Below, one piece after another: positions 29,014 to 41,099 of a stretch of DNA of 64,000 nt. The position numbers and the translations under genes are program-made. Source of the stretch: Anaeromyxobacteraceae bacterium (GTDB lineage: Bacteria; Myxococcota; Myxococcia; Myxococcales; Anaeromyxobacteraceae); contig JAULAX010000010.1 in assembly GCA_032654565.1 (NCBI GenBank), positions 215,104-279,103 of the forward strand, read 5' to 3'. The notes beneath the pieces are model-generated. The model was not told the DNA's origin. It worked only from the letters and a program-made list of their open reading frames with translations, and did no database searches. How positions within the stretch are numbered: position 1 is the stretch's first letter; the number at the start of each line of letters is the position of its first letter.

Positions 29014-29108
29014 GTTGCGCTCCCTTCGACTCCGAGCGTATACCCCGGGCGGCGCGAGCGTCAGGCCCCGGTGGGGCGGAGCCGCCGCGGAGCCGGGGGC
29101 GTGACGCG

Positions 29109-30425
29109 ATGACGCAGCGGGTGACCATCATCGGTGCAGGGCTGGCCGGGTGCGAGGCGGCCTACCGGCTGGCGCGCGCCGGGGTGGGCGTCGACCTCTG
29201 GGAGATGAAGCCGGACCGCCGCTCACCGGCCCACGTCCTCGACGGCCCGTGCGAGCTGGTCTGCTCCAACTCGCTCCGCTCCGACAACCCGCTCAACGCC
29301 GTCGGCCTGCTGCACGAGGAGCTGCGACGGCTCGACAGCCTGGTGCTGGCGACCGCGGACGAGACGCGGGTGCCGGCAGGGGACGCCCTGGCGGTCGACC
29401 GGGAGCGGTTCAGCCGGCGGGTGGCGGAGCGGCTGGCGGAGCGGCCGGAGATCAGGCTCCACGCCGGCGAGGTGGCCTCCCTGCCCGAGGGGCCGGGGCT
29501 CGGGCTGGTGGCGACCGGCCCGCTCACCGGCGACGCGCTGGCCGCCGAGCTGCAGGCGCTCTGTGGCGGCCGCCTCTACTTCTACGACGCCATCGCCCCC
29601 ATCGTCTCGGCCGAGTCGATCGACATGAACATCGCCTACGCCAAGTCCCGCTACGACAAGGGGAGCGGTCCCGACTATCTCAACCTTCCGCTCGACGAGG
29701 CGCAGTACGGCGCCTTCGTCGAGGCGCTCCTGGCCGGGGAGAAGGTGGTGCCCAGGGAGTTCGAGGAGGCCCGCTACTTCGACGGGTGTCTCCCCATCGA
29801 GGTCATGGCCGAGCGCGGCCGCGAGGTGCTGGCCCACGGCCCCTTGAAGCCGGTCGGACTCGAGGATCCACGAACCGGTCGGCGGCCGCACGCTGTGGTG
29901 CAGCTGCGGCGGGAGGACGTGTCGGGGACGGCGTGGAACCTGGTGGGGTTCCAGACCCGGCTGACCTGGCCGGAGCAGCGGCGCATCTTCCGGGCGCTCC
30001 CCGGGCTGGCCGACGCCGAGTTCCAGCGGCTCGGACAGGTCCACCGCAACACCTTCGTCGACGCGCCCGAGGTGCTGGGGCCGGATCTCTCCGTGCGCTC
30101 ACGCCCGCACCTCTTCCTGGCCGGACAGATCACCGGCGTCGAAGGGTACGTGGAGTCCGCGGCCTGTGGTCACCTGGCGGCGCGGTCCATCCTCGACCGG
30201 CTGGCCGGGCGGGCCTTCCAGTCGCCGCCGCCGGCCACGGCCCTGGGCGGGCTCCATCGTCACCTCACCGGCGAGGCGCACCCGCCCGGGACACGGCACC
30301 AGCCCAGCAACGTGATCTTCGCGCTCTTCCCGCCGCTGCCGGAGCGGGTGCGTGGCGGGAAGGAAGGGCGCAAGATGGCGCACGTGGAGCGGGCGCGAAA
30401 GGAGCTTGGCGCGTGGATCTCCTGA
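29109..30425 (+). CDS. trmFO: tRNA (uracil-54) methyltransferase TrmFO
   Basis: [49 protein letters not shown]. Confidence 0.96.
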   Translation: MTQRVTIIGAGLAGCEAAYRLARAGVGVDLWEMKPDRRSPAHVLDGPCELVCSNSLRSDNPLNAVGLLHEELRRLDSLVLATADETRVPAGDALAVDRERFSRRVAERLAERPEIRLHAGEVASLPEGPGLGLVATGPLTGDALAAELQALCGGRLYFYDAIAPIVSAESIDMNIAYAKSRYDKGSGPDYLNLPLDEAQYGAFVEALLAGEKVVPREFEEARYFDGCLPIEVMAERGREVLAHGPLKPVGLEDPRTGRRPHAVVQLRREDVSGTAWNLVGFQTRLTWPEQRRIFRALPGLADAEFQRLGQVHRNTFVDAPEVLGPDLSVRSRPHLFLAGQITGVEGYVESAACGHLAARSILDRLAGRAFQSPPPATALGGLHRHLTGEAHPPGTRHQPSNVIFALFPPLPERVRGGKEGRKMAHVERARKELGAWIS

Positions 30426-32029
30426 TGGGAGCGGGTGGAGCGTGGCCGAGGAGGGCGGGCGGGGTGCGGCTCGCCGCCGTGATCCTGGCGGTGGGGCTGC
30501 TTGCCTGCCAGCGCGGCGGTCCGGCCGAGCAGGGCGGGCTGGGTCGTCGGGTCCTCTCCGGACCGGTCAAGGCGCTGCTGGCCTCGGCGGATGGATCGTG
30601 GCTGGCGGTGCTCGACGGGTGCGTCGAGGTGAAGGGGCGGTTCCTGCCGCCCGGGACCTCGACCTGCGACTTGAAGATGATCCCGGCCGAAGGCGGCGAG
30701 GCGCGCCTGGTGGCGCGGGCGGTGCCGACGCTGCCGCACGGTGCCGTCTTCGCCCCGGAGGGGGACGCGCTGGCGGCGCTGGGCGACTACGACTTCGAGC
30801 GCGGGGCAGGGACCCTGATGCTGGCCCGCCGGGGGGTGGCCCGGGAGGTGGCCCGGGGCGTCACCTTCCACGGCTTCGTCCCGGGGGGCGACGGGGCGGT
30901 GGTCGCCGTGGCCGAGGGGCGCCTGGTGGTGACCGGGGCCGATGGCGCCGTGGTCGGGCGCCACGCCGCGCCCGGGTTCGGGAGCTTCGAGCTGAGCAGG
31001 CGAGGGGACGGGACGGTGGTGGGGCTGGGCCGGACGCAGGCCTCGCAGCGCGGCGCGCTCTTCGGCTTCGAGCTCGGCCGCCTCGACGCCCAGGCCAGGC
31101 CGATCGCAGAGGGGACGGCGGACTTCGCCCTGGCGAGCGAGGGGAGGGCGATGGCCTACAGCGTCACCGGGAAGCGGGGGACCGAGCTCTACGTGGCGGG
31201 TGGCGTGGCGCAGCGGCCTGTCCGCGTCGCCGAGGGCGTTCGCTCGTTCGTGTTCGCGCGGGACGGGATGGCGCTGGCCTGGATCTCCGACGCTTCGCCT
31301 GGCAAGCAGGGGGACCTGTTCGTGGCCGCGGGTGGAGGTGCGCCGGAGCGGCTGGGGCGCGAGGTCGGAGAGCATCGCTGGGCCGCGGCGGCGCCGCGAC
31401 TGGCCTGGCTCGAGCAGTACGACCCGCGCGGCCGCGCCGGGGTGCTCGGCGTGGGCGGCCTGGGGACGAAGCCCCGCACCTTTGGCCGGAACGTCACCGA
31501 CTTCGAGCTGTCCCCGGATGGCTCCCGGGTGGCCTTCCTCCGCCACTCCGTGGAAGGCGGCTACTCGGTGGACCTCTGGGCTGGCGAGGTCAGCGGGGAG
31601 CCTGGCCGGATCGCGCGAGGCGTCTTCGGCTTCTCCTTCTCGCCCGATGGCCGGTGGCTCTACTACCGGACCCGCTGCGTTCGAAACGGTGAGGCCTGCG
31701 ACCTGGAGCGGGTGGCGACGGGCGGCGGGGAGGGTGGCGCCCTGGTGGTCGCGTCGGCGGTGAAGAGCTTCGAGTTCGATCCGCGCGATCCGGGGCAGCT
31801 GCTGCTGAGCTGGCAGCGGGCGGACGTGCCGGCGCTCGACTTCGGGATCTGGCGCGGGGGGAAGGTGACGAGGGTGGATCGCGGCGCGTTGCCTGGGAGC
31901 GTTCGGTTCCTGGCTCCCGATTCGAGGCGGGTGGCGTTTGCGGTGACGCAGGTGGCCAGGGCTGGAGCCTATGTCGCGGCGCTCCCCCCTCCTCCCGCTC
32001 CTCCCGTCCCTTCCCCCGTCCCAGAGTAG
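30425..32029 (+). CDS. TolB-like beta-propeller lipoprotein (AglU-like)
   Basis: Lipobox LLAC; repeated F-S/A-PDG blades (FELSPDG, FSFSPDG). Start 30425 or 30464. Confidence 0.7.
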   Translation: MGAGGAWPRRAGGVRLAAVILAVGLLACQRGGPAEQGGLGRRVLSGPVKALLASADGSWLAVLDGCVEVKGRFLPPGTSTCDLKMIPAEGGEARLVARAVPTLPHGAVFAPEGDALAALGDYDFERGAGTLMLARRGVAREVARGVTFHGFVPGGDGAVVAVAEGRLVVTGADGAVVGRHAAPGFGSFELSRRGDGTVVGLGRTQASQRGALFGFELGRLDAQARPIAEGTADFALASEGRAMAYSVTGKRGTELYVAGGVAQRPVRVAEGVRSFVFARDGMALAWISDASPGKQGDLFVAAGGGAPERLGREVGEHRWAAAAPRLAWLEQYDPRGRAGVLGVGGLGTKPRTFGRNVTDFELSPDGSRVAFLRHSVEGGYSVDLWAGEVSGEPGRIARGVFGFSFSPDGRWLYYRTRCVRNGEACDLERVATGGGEGGALVVASAVKSFEFDPRDPGQLLLSWQRADVPALDFGIWRGGKVTRVDRGALPGSVRFLAPDSRRVAFAVTQVARAGAYVAALPPPPAPPVPSPVPE

Positions 32030-32111
32030 TTTGGCGGACCAAGGTCCGCGGGACGGCCGGGGTGGGGTGGGCGGCGGTGAGGCAAGTGGCCGGAATCGCG
32101 AGCGGAGGCAT

Positions 32112-32126
32112 TGGCACGGGTCCTGC
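32112..32126 (+). promoter_or_regulatory. Putative sigma54 promoter of the transposase
   Basis: TGGCACG-GGTC-CTGC, 16 nt upstream of ATG 32143. Confidence 0.55.
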
Positions 32127-32142
32127 GATGTAGCCCCAGGCC

Positions 32143-33045
32143 ATGACCGCGCCACGCCAGGTGCTCCCGGGCACCACCTACCTCATCACCCGCCGGTGCC
32201 TGAACCGGCAGTTCTTCCTGCGCCCCTCGAAGGCCACCAACCAGCTCGTCGGCTTCCTCCTCGCCGTCGCCGCCGAGCGCTTCCACGTCGAGGTCCACGC
32301 CTTCTGCGTGATGTCCAACCACCTCCACCTCGTGGTCACCGACCCCGACGCCTGCCTCCCCGCCTTCGGCAGGTTCCTCGACTCGCTCATCGGCCGCTCC
32401 ATGAACGCCATGCTGGGGCGCCAGGAGTACTTCTGGGGGCCGCCCACCTTCAGCGCCGTCGCCCTGCAGTCCCCGGCCGACGTCCTCGACAAGGTCGCCT
32501 ACACCCTCGCCAACCCGGTCAAGGCCGGCCTGGTCCGCCGCGGACGGCTCTGGCCGGGGCTCTGGTCCGCCCCGGACCAGATGGGCGCCGCGCCCCTCGA
32601 GTTCGCCAGGCCCTCCTCCTTCTTCCGGCGGGCCGGCCAGGGGTCCCTTCCCGACCGGGCCTCCCTGCGGCTCGTCATCCCCACGGGCTTCGACTCTCCG
32701 GCCCACTTCCGCCGCTCCCTCCACGCCGCCCTCGCCGACCGGGAGCAAGCCGCCTCTGCCCACCTCGCCTCGCGCGGGCGTGGCTTCCTCGGCGTCCAGC
32801 GCGTGCTCACACAGAGCCCCTTCGACAGGCCTCCTACCAGGGAGCCCCTCGGAGGGCTCAACCCGCGCGTCGCCAGCCACGACACCTGGCGTCGCGTCCA
32901 GGCCCTCCGCGCCCTCGGCTCCTTCATCCAGGACTACCGCCGCGCCTTCGACCGCTGGCGGGCCGGCTCCTCCGGCGTCCTCTTCCCCGCCGGCACCTAC
33001 CTCATGCGCGTCCTCCACCGCGCCCCCTGCCTCGCCCCTGGCTGA
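32143..33045 (+). CDS. IS200-like/REP-associated tyrosine (HUH, Y1) transposase
   Basis: YLITRRC, HAFCVMSNHLHLVV (HUH), EYFW, YTLANPVKAGLV. Confidence 0.88.
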   Translation: MTAPRQVLPGTTYLITRRCLNRQFFLRPSKATNQLVGFLLAVAAERFHVEVHAFCVMSNHLHLVVTDPDACLPAFGRFLDSLIGRSMNAMLGRQEYFWGPPTFSAVALQSPADVLDKVAYTLANPVKAGLVRRGRLWPGLWSAPDQMGAAPLEFARPSSFFRRAGQGSLPDRASLRLVIPTGFDSPAHFRRSLHAALADREQAASAHLASRGRGFLGVQRVLTQSPFDRPPTREPLGGLNPRVASHDTWRRVQALRALGSFIQDYRRAFDRWRAGSSGVLFPAGTYLMRVLHRAPCLAPG

Positions 33046-33249
33046 CTCACCACCCCGTCAGCTTCCCCCACTCAGCCTCGTCACCACGTCAGTCGTCTCC
33101 GGCCGCGGTCGGGGACTGCCTGGGGACGGCTTTCCAGCCTGAGTCCAGGGGGTCCTCCCGCTTCGACGCCTCGGTTCAGGCGTCAGGTGGACCCTTCTGA
33201 GCGTGTTCGGGCGACGGTTCACTACCTGGCGACCCAAGTTGACCCAGCC

Positions 33250-33372
33250 GTACCCCGCGAGCGACTGGCGAGGTCTCAACTACTCCCGGACCGGACTGAC
33301 CGGACTAGGACCGGACTAGCGCCGGTACCCCGCGAATGACTGGCGGGTCCACAACTACTCCCGGACTGGACT
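33250..33372. repeat. Imperfect ~48-bp direct repeat x2 (period 75) with interspersed CCGGACT units
   Basis: GTACCCCGCGA..GACTGGCG.GGTC..CAACTACTCCCGGAC.GGACT at 33250 and 33325. Confidence 0.8.
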
Positions 33373-33452
33373 GGAAGAAGACGGGAAGAGCCCAGGAGCC
33401 TGCTGGCCGCCGGGAATTCGCCCCCTCCCCACCGGGATGCTACCCATCCACC

Positions 33453-34394
33453 ATGGTCGCCGTCGTCCCCGCCGCCGCCGCCCCGCCGCTCCCTCCCGAG
33501 GTCCTGCGCTTCGAGGCGCACCTCCGGGTGGAGCGGCGCGCCTCGGCCCACACGCTCAAGGCCTACCTGGCCGACCTCGCCCAGTACGCCGCCTACCTCG
33601 CCGCCCACCAGGCGCCGCTCGTCCCCTCGTCGCCGACGCTGGTCCGGGGCTTCGTCGCCAGCGCCGCCGCAGGCGCCGGGCCGGTCTCCCTGGCGCGCAA
33701 GCTCTCCGCCGTCCGCTCCTTCTACCGCTACCTCGTCAAGGAGGGGCTGGCCCCCTCCAACCCGGCCCGGGCCGTGGCCTCTCCCCGCCAACCCAAGCGC
33801 CTCCCCGAGGTCCTCCCCGAGGAGGAGACCGCCGCCCTGGTCCAGGCCCCCACCGACGACGGCTCGCCGCTCCACCTCCGCGACCGCGCCTTCATGGAGC
33901 TGCTCTACGCCTCCGGCCTGCGCGTCTCCGAGCTGACCGGCCTCGACGTCAGCGGCGTCGACCTGGCGCAGGGGCTGGTGCGCGTGCTCGGCAAGCGGCG
34001 CAAGGAGCGGGTGGTCCCGGTGGGCCGACCGGCGCTCGAGGCCATCGCCCGCTACCTCGACCGGGCCCGTCCGCTCCTGGCCTCCCGGCCGCAAGCACGC
34101 ACCGCCGGTGACGCGCTCTTCCTCAACTTCCGCGGTGGCCGGCTCACCGGCCGCTCGGTGGCCCGGCTCATCGACGGTTGGGTCAAGCAGGTCGGCCTGC
34201 CGCGCCACGTCCACCCCCACGTGCTGCGCCACTGCTTCGCCACCCACCTCCTCTCCAACGGCGCCGACCTGCGCGGCATCCAGGAACTGCTCGGCCACGC
34301 CTCGCTCTCCACCACCCAGCGCTACACCCACCTCGACTGGAAGCGGCTGGCCACCGTCTACGACCAGGCCCACCCGCGGGCCCACAAGCCTTGA
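33453..34394 (+). CDS. xerC: Tyrosine recombinase XerC
   Basis: SAHTLKAY, RDRAFMELLYASGLRVSEL, GKRRKER, HPHVLRHCFATHLL, QELLGHASLSTTQRYTH. Confidence 0.92.
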   Translation: MVAVVPAAAAPPLPPEVLRFEAHLRVERRASAHTLKAYLADLAQYAAYLAAHQAPLVPSSPTLVRGFVASAAAGAGPVSLARKLSAVRSFYRYLVKEGLAPSNPARAVASPRQPKRLPEVLPEEETAALVQAPTDDGSPLHLRDRAFMELLYASGLRVSELTGLDVSGVDLAQGLVRVLGKRRKERVVPVGRPALEAIARYLDRARPLLASRPQARTAGDALFLNFRGGRLTGRSVARLIDGWVKQVGLPRHVHPHVLRHCFATHLLSNGADLRGIQELLGHASLSTTQRYTHLDWKRLATVYDQAHPRAHKP

Positions 34395-34500
34395 CCGCCG
34401 CCCCCGCCGCCGGGTCCTCTACCACCGCCCGCCGCCCCGCCCCGCCGGGCCGGCCGGCCCGCCGCTGGATCACCCGCCCGGCACTTGATACAAGCTCGCA

Positions 34501-35700
34501 ATGACGCTCACCGAATCGCTGGTCCAGCGCGCCCAGGCCGTCTTCACCCCCAACTACCGGCAGGCGCCGGTGGTGCTGGTGCGAGGCCGGGGCAGCCGGG
34601 TCTGGGACGCCGAGGGGCGGGAGTACCTCGACGCCATCGCCGGGATCGCCACCTGCGCGCTCGGCCACTGCCACCCGGCCCTGGTCGAGGCCCTCTCCCG
34701 GCAGGCCGGCGAGCTCTGGCACGTCTCCAACCTCTTCTACAACCCGCGGGCCGTCGAGCTCTGCGAGGCGCTGGTGAGGAGCTCCGGCTTCGCCACCCGG
34801 GTCTTCCTGTGCAACAGCGGCGCCGAGTCGAACGAGGCCATGCTCAAGCTGGCCCGCAAGTACCAGGCCGACCTCGGCCACCCCGAGCGGAGCGAGATCG
34901 TCGCCTGCCACAACTCCTTCCACGGGCGGACCATGTTCGCCCTGGCCGCCACCGGCCAACCCAAGTACCACCACGGCTTCGAGCCCCTGGTCCCCGGCGT
35001 CCGCCACATCCCCTTCGGCGACGTGGCGGCGCTGGAGGCGGCGCTCACCGACCGGACGGCGGCCTTCATCGTCGAGCCCATCCAGGGCGAGGCCGGCGTC
35101 TTCGCGGCGCCGGCCGGCTACCTGCAGCGAGCCCGCGAGCTGACCCGGCAGCGGGGCGCCCTGCTGCTCTTCGACGAGGTGCAGGTCGGCATGGGGCGCA
35201 CCGGCAAGCTCTGGGGCCACCAGTGGGACGGGGTGACCCCCGACCTGATGTCGGCCGCCAAGGCGCTCGCCAACGGCTACCCCATGGGCGCGCTGCTGGC
35301 CACCGAGGAGGTGGGGCTCCACCTCACGCCCGGCAGCCACGCCTCCACCTTCGGCGGCAACGCCCTGGGCGCCGCGGTGGCGCTCCGCTCGCTGCAGCTC
35401 ATCGAGGAGGCCCTCCCCAACGCCCTCCGGGTCGGCGCCCGGCTCACCGAGCGGCTGACCACGCTCCGCTCCGGGGGCAGGGTGGTCGAGGTGCGCGGCC
35501 GGGGGCTGCTGCTGGGGGTGGTGGTGAAGGGGATCGACGCCGCGGCGGTGGTGGGGCTGGCCCGCGATCGTGGCCTGCTCTGCAACGCCATCGGCGACAC
35601 CGTGGTGCGCCTGGCCCCGGCGCTGACCTTGAGCGACGACGAGGCCGACGAGGCCGTCGAGAAGCTGGGCGCGGCCATCGCCGCGGCGCCGGCGAGGTAG
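34501..35700 (+). CDS. argD: Acetylornithine aminotransferase
   Basis: NSGAESNE, SFHGRT, EPIQGEAG, DEVQVGMGRTG, AKALANG, STFGGN; next to argF. Confidence 0.92.
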   Translation: MTLTESLVQRAQAVFTPNYRQAPVVLVRGRGSRVWDAEGREYLDAIAGIATCALGHCHPALVEALSRQAGELWHVSNLFYNPRAVELCEALVRSSGFATRVFLCNSGAESNEAMLKLARKYQADLGHPERSEIVACHNSFHGRTMFALAATGQPKYHHGFEPLVPGVRHIPFGDVAALEAALTDRTAAFIVEPIQGEAGVFAAPAGYLQRARELTRQRGALLLFDEVQVGMGRTGKLWGHQWDGVTPDLMSAAKALANGYPMGALLATEEVGLHLTPGSHASTFGGNALGAAVALRSLQLIEEALPNALRVGARLTERLTTLRSGGRVVEVRGRGLLLGVVVKGIDAAAVVGLARDRGLLCNAIGDTVVRLAPALTLSDDEADEAVEKLGAAIAAAPAR

Positions 35701-35703
35701 ACC

Positions 35704-36624
35704 ATGGCCAGGGCCAAGCGCGACTTCCTCCGCATCACCGACCTCGACCGCGGGGGGCTGCTCGAGCTGGTCGAGCGGGCCGCCGAGTGGAAGCTCCTCG
35801 GCCGCAAGGGGCCCCGTCCGCTGGAGGGCATGACCATCGGCCTGGTCTTCGAGAAGGCCTCCACCCGCACCCGGGTCTCCTTCGAGGTGGCGGCCGGACA
35901 GCTCGGCGGCGGCGCCGTCTTCCTCTCGCCGCGCGACACCCAGCTCGGGCGAGGCGAGCCCATCCAGGACACCGCCCGGGTGCTGGCCCGCTACCTCGAC
36001 GCCCTGGTGGTCCGCACCTTCGAGCACGAGAAGCTGGCCCAGATCGCCCACCACGCCCGCATCCCGGTCATCAACGCCCTCACCGACGACTCCCACCCGT
36101 GCCAGGTGCTGGCCGACCTGCTCACCACCGCCGAGCGCTTCGGCGCCGAGGCGCTGCAGCGGCCCGGGCTGCGGGTGGCCTGGATCGGCGACGGCAACAA
36201 CATGGCCAACAGCTGGCTGGAGGCCTGCGCCCTGCTCGGCTTCGAGCTGCTGCTGGCCTGCCCGTCGGGCTACGATCCGGACGCGGCGCTGCTGGCCCGC
36301 TGCGCCGGCCGGGCCCGGGTGGTCCGCTCGCCGGCCGAGGCCGCCGCCGGCGCCCACGTCATCAACACCGACGTCTGGGCGTCGATGGGGCAGGAGGCCG
36401 AGCAGGCCCGGCGGCAGCGCGACTTCGCCGGCTTCATCGTCGACGAGGCGCTGGTGGCCCGGGCCCGCCCCGAGGTCATCGTGCTCCACTGCCTGCCGGC
36501 GCACCGCGGCGAGGAGATCAGCGAGGGGGTCCTGGAGGGGCCCCGCTCCGCGGTCTTCGACCAGGCCGAGAACCGCCTCCATGTCCAGAAGGCCCTGCTG
36601 GAGTCGCTGCTGGGCGGCGATTGA
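35704..36624 (+). CDS. argF: Ornithine carbamoyltransferase
   Basis: FEKASTRTR, HPCQVLAD, DVWASMG, HCLPAHRG, AENR. Confidence 0.96.
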   Translation: MARAKRDFLRITDLDRGGLLELVERAAEWKLLGRKGPRPLEGMTIGLVFEKASTRTRVSFEVAAGQLGGGAVFLSPRDTQLGRGEPIQDTARVLARYLDALVVRTFEHEKLAQIAHHARIPVINALTDDSHPCQVLADLLTTAERFGAEALQRPGLRVAWIGDGNNMANSWLEACALLGFELLLACPSGYDPDAALLARCAGRARVVRSPAEAAAGAHVINTDVWASMGQEAEQARRQRDFAGFIVDEALVARARPEVIVLHCLPAHRGEEISEGVLEGPRSAVFDQAENRLHVQKALLESLLGGD

Positions 36625-36698
36625 CCGGTGCTGCTCCTGATGGCTACATTCATCGTCCTTCATCAGGCGAGGCCCAGCAGCGCGCGGGAGCACCAAGA

Positions 36699-37660
36699 GT
36701 GAGTGGAGATCGGTACCAGGACCACCTCTTCAACCCGGCGGATCTCGCCGAAGTGGTGGACCTCGACCTCGACCGGCGCAAGACCATCCTCTTCGCCGAA
36801 GCCCACCTGGCCGAGTGGACCCACTGGCAGGTGCTCGGCCTCACCTGGAACGCCAGCGTCGACGAGGTCCGCGCCGCCTACATCGAGCAGGTGAAGGTCT
36901 TCCACCCCGATCGCTACCCCGGCAAGAAGCTGGGGACCTTCCGGTCGCGGCTGGAGCGGGTCTTCCGACGGATCACCGAGGCTCGCGACGTGCTCGCCTC
37001 GAGCACCGCGCGCGACGAGTACGTCCTGGCCACCGCGCCGGCGCTGGAGCGCACCCGCATCGAGGCGCGGCGCCTGGAGGACGAGCGTCGGGCCGTGGAG
37101 CGGCGCGGCCGGCTGGGCCGGCAGAACCCGCTGCTGGCCCGGGCCGAGCGCATCTCCGAGCTCATGAAGCACGGCCGGGCGCTGATGGCGGCGGGGAACT
37201 TCGCCCAGGCCAGCAACGACTTCCAGCTGGTCTCCAGCCTCGATCCCAGCCACGCCGAGGCCAGCGCCCTGGCGCTGGAGGCCCGGCGCAAGGGGGCCGC
37301 GGTCCGGGCGGCCGAGTGCGTCGAGAAGGGGCACGCCGCCGAGGCCCTGGGGAGCTGGCAGGGGGCCCTGGCCGCCTACCGCGCGGCGCTGGAGATCGAA
37401 CCCGCCAACCCCCGCACCCTGATCCTCGCCAGCCGCGCCGCCGGCGAGGTGGGTGACGCCGCCGCCGCCCGCGACTTCGCCGAGCAGGCCGTCAAGGCGC
37501 AGCCGCGGAACGCCGCGGCCCACGAGGCCCTGGGGCTGGCGCTGGAGTCGGCCGGCAAGCGCTCCGACGCCCGCAAGGCGCTGGAGCGGGCCGTGGAGAT
37601 CGACCCGCGGCTGGAGTCCGCCAAGGAGCGGCTCAAGAGGCTGCGCTGGAGCTTCCTCGG

Positions 37661-37664
<4 letters not shown>
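36699..37664 (+). CDS. J-domain (DnaJ-like) TPR protein
   Basis: HWQVLGL...EVRAAY...FHPDRY (HPD motif), C-terminal TPRs; GTG start inferred. Confidence 0.85.
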
Positions 37665-39526
<1,862 letters not shown>

Positions 39527-39529
39527 CCC

Positions 39530-40537
39530 ATGGCGACCGCCCAGGAGATGGTGGAGCAGGGGATCAGGGCCTACGTCGAGGGGCGCCTCGACGAGTCGCG
39601 CCGCCTGCTCGAGGAGGCGCTGCGGGTCGATCCCTCCAACTCCCGCGCCCGCTCCTACCTGCTGCTGCTGCCGGGCGGGCTGGAGGCGGAGCCGGACCTC
39701 AGGCCGCGGGCCCGGCCGGCGGCGTCCACCCCCCCCCCGGCGCCACGCGCCACGCCGGTGCCGTTCCCGGCGGTCGCCGCGGTCGCGCCGTCACCGTCAC
39801 CACGCCTCACCCCCGTCCCGTCCTCGGCGATCTCCGCGGCCTCCCTGGCCGCCGCGTCCCCCTCGCCGGCCCTGGTCGCGGCACCACCTGCGCCGGCCCC
39901 GACGCCGCCCCAGGCAGACCCGGCGCCACCGCCCCCGGAGGCCGTCGCCGCCCCGGCTCCCGCCCCGCTCCCCCCGGCGCTCACCCCGCCCCCCGCTTCC
40001 GTGGAGCTGGAGTACGCCCCGTCGCCGTGGGACGACGGCCCGGCCTCGGCGCCGGTCATCCTGCTCGGCAGCGACGGCGGGCTCGACCTCGGGGCGGTGG
40101 CCGAGAAGTCGGACCTCCGCACCCTGGTCCCCCGGGCGGCCCGCCCCACCACGCCGCAGGAGGACGCGGCCGTCTGGATGACCGCCGCCAAGGACCTGCT
40201 GGCGCTGGGCGACTTCTCCGGCTCGCTGGAGATGATCGAGAAGATCCTCAAGGTCGACCCGGAGCACGCCGAGGCCCGCGAGTACCTGCGCCAGAACGAG
40301 ACCACGCTGGTGGCGATGTACGAGTCCAAGCTCGGCCCGCTGGGCCGGGTCCCCCGGCTGGCCATCAAGCCGGAGGAGATCATGTGGCTCAACCTGGACC
40401 ACCGGGCCGGGTTCCTGCTCTCGCAGATCGACGGGACGGTCGACTACGAGAACCTCTTCGCGCTCTCCGGCCTGCCTCGCCTCGACACCGCCCGCATCCT
40501 GGCGGCGCTGCTGCTCGACGGCGTCATCGCCGCCTGA
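39530..40537 (+). CDS. Conserved hypothetical protein (TPR, Pro-rich linker, LDHRAGFLLS C-terminal domain)
   Basis: Strong GC3 bias, operonic with Hsp70. Confidence 0.7.
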   Translation: MATAQEMVEQGIRAYVEGRLDESRRLLEEALRVDPSNSRARSYLLLLPGGLEAEPDLRPRARPAASTPPPAPRATPVPFPAVAAVAPSPSPRLTPVPSSAISAASLAAASPSPALVAAPPAPAPTPPQADPAPPPPEAVAAPAPAPLPPALTPPPASVELEYAPSPWDDGPASAPVILLGSDGGLDLGAVAEKSDLRTLVPRAARPTTPQEDAAVWMTAAKDLLALGDFSGSLEMIEKILKVDPEHAEAREYLRQNETTLVAMYESKLGPLGRVPRLAIKPEEIMWLNLDHRAGFLLSQIDGTVDYENLFALSGLPRLDTARILAALLLDGVIAA

Positions 40538-40620
40538 GCCCACCCCGAGGTCGGCCGCGCCGGCGCTGCGCCCGGCCGCGACCGAGCCGCGCCCGGCCGG
40601 GCCCGGCCCCGACGGCCCGG

Positions 40621-41097
40621 TCAGTTCCGGATCACCGCGCCCCAGGTGCCGCGCACCACCAGCTCGCCGTGCTGGTTCACCGACTCGGTGGTCACCTCGA
40701 TGAAGTCGAGCGGGCCGCGCTCCTGCAGGCGGGTGATCTCGCCGGTGGTCTGGATCACGTCCCCGGCCCGCACCGCGCCGAGGAGCTCCAGCTCCTGGCT
40801 GTTGTGGAGCAGCCGCAGCACGTTGAGCCCCAGCGCCGGGTCCTTGCAGGCGAAGGAGAAGGGCTGGATGGCGAAGAGGGTGGCGAAGCCGGGCGGGGCG
40901 ATGAGCCCGCCGTACGGGGAGGAGGCGGCGGCGGCCGGGTCCCAGGTCCAGGGGTGGGCGTCGAGCGGCGGGTGGGCGTAGACGCGCCCGGGGACGCCGC
41001 CGCAGACGGCGGCGGTGAAGTCGCGCAGCTGCTCGACGCCGACGGTGAACAGGTACGGGCCGTAGCGCCGGCCCAGGTGGGCCTTGTCGACGGCCAC
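40621..41097 (-). CDS. MaoC-like dehydratase, N-terminal type (hotdog fold)
   Basis: YGGLIAPPGF, LLHNSQEL, VRAGDVI, NQHGELV. Confidence 0.8.
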   Translation of the reverse strand: MAVDKAHLGRRYGPYLFTVGVEQLRDFTAAVCGGVPGRVYAHPPLDAHPWTWDPAAAASSPYGGLIAPPGFATLFAIQPFSFACKDPALGLNVLRLLHNSQELELLGAVRAGDVIQTTGEITRLQERGPLDFIEVTTESVNQHGELVVRGTWGAVIRN

Positions 41098-41099
41098 CC

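Larger units (their letters stand above)
32015..33372 (+). mobile_element. RAYT-like Y1 transposase locus with REP-like flanks
   Basis: Left CCCGTCCCAGAGTAGTT; two inverted related copies AACTACTCCCGGAC on the right (33278, 33353); sits between the TolB-like gene and xerC. Confidence 0.65.

Noticed and set aside
32143..33045. IS605/IS200 element with TnpB or IscB
   Set aside because: No RuvC-containing ORF adjacent; the protein is longer than IS200 TnpA and RAYT-like
33250..33372. Possible mini CRISPR array
   Set aside because: Only two imperfect units, the spacer is itself repetitive, and there are no cas genes
33453..34394. Tyrosine recombinase as an integron or prophage integrase
   Set aside because: Looks like housekeeping XerC in the usual dprA-topA-trmFO-xerC context; no IntI insertion, attC cassettes or phage genes seen
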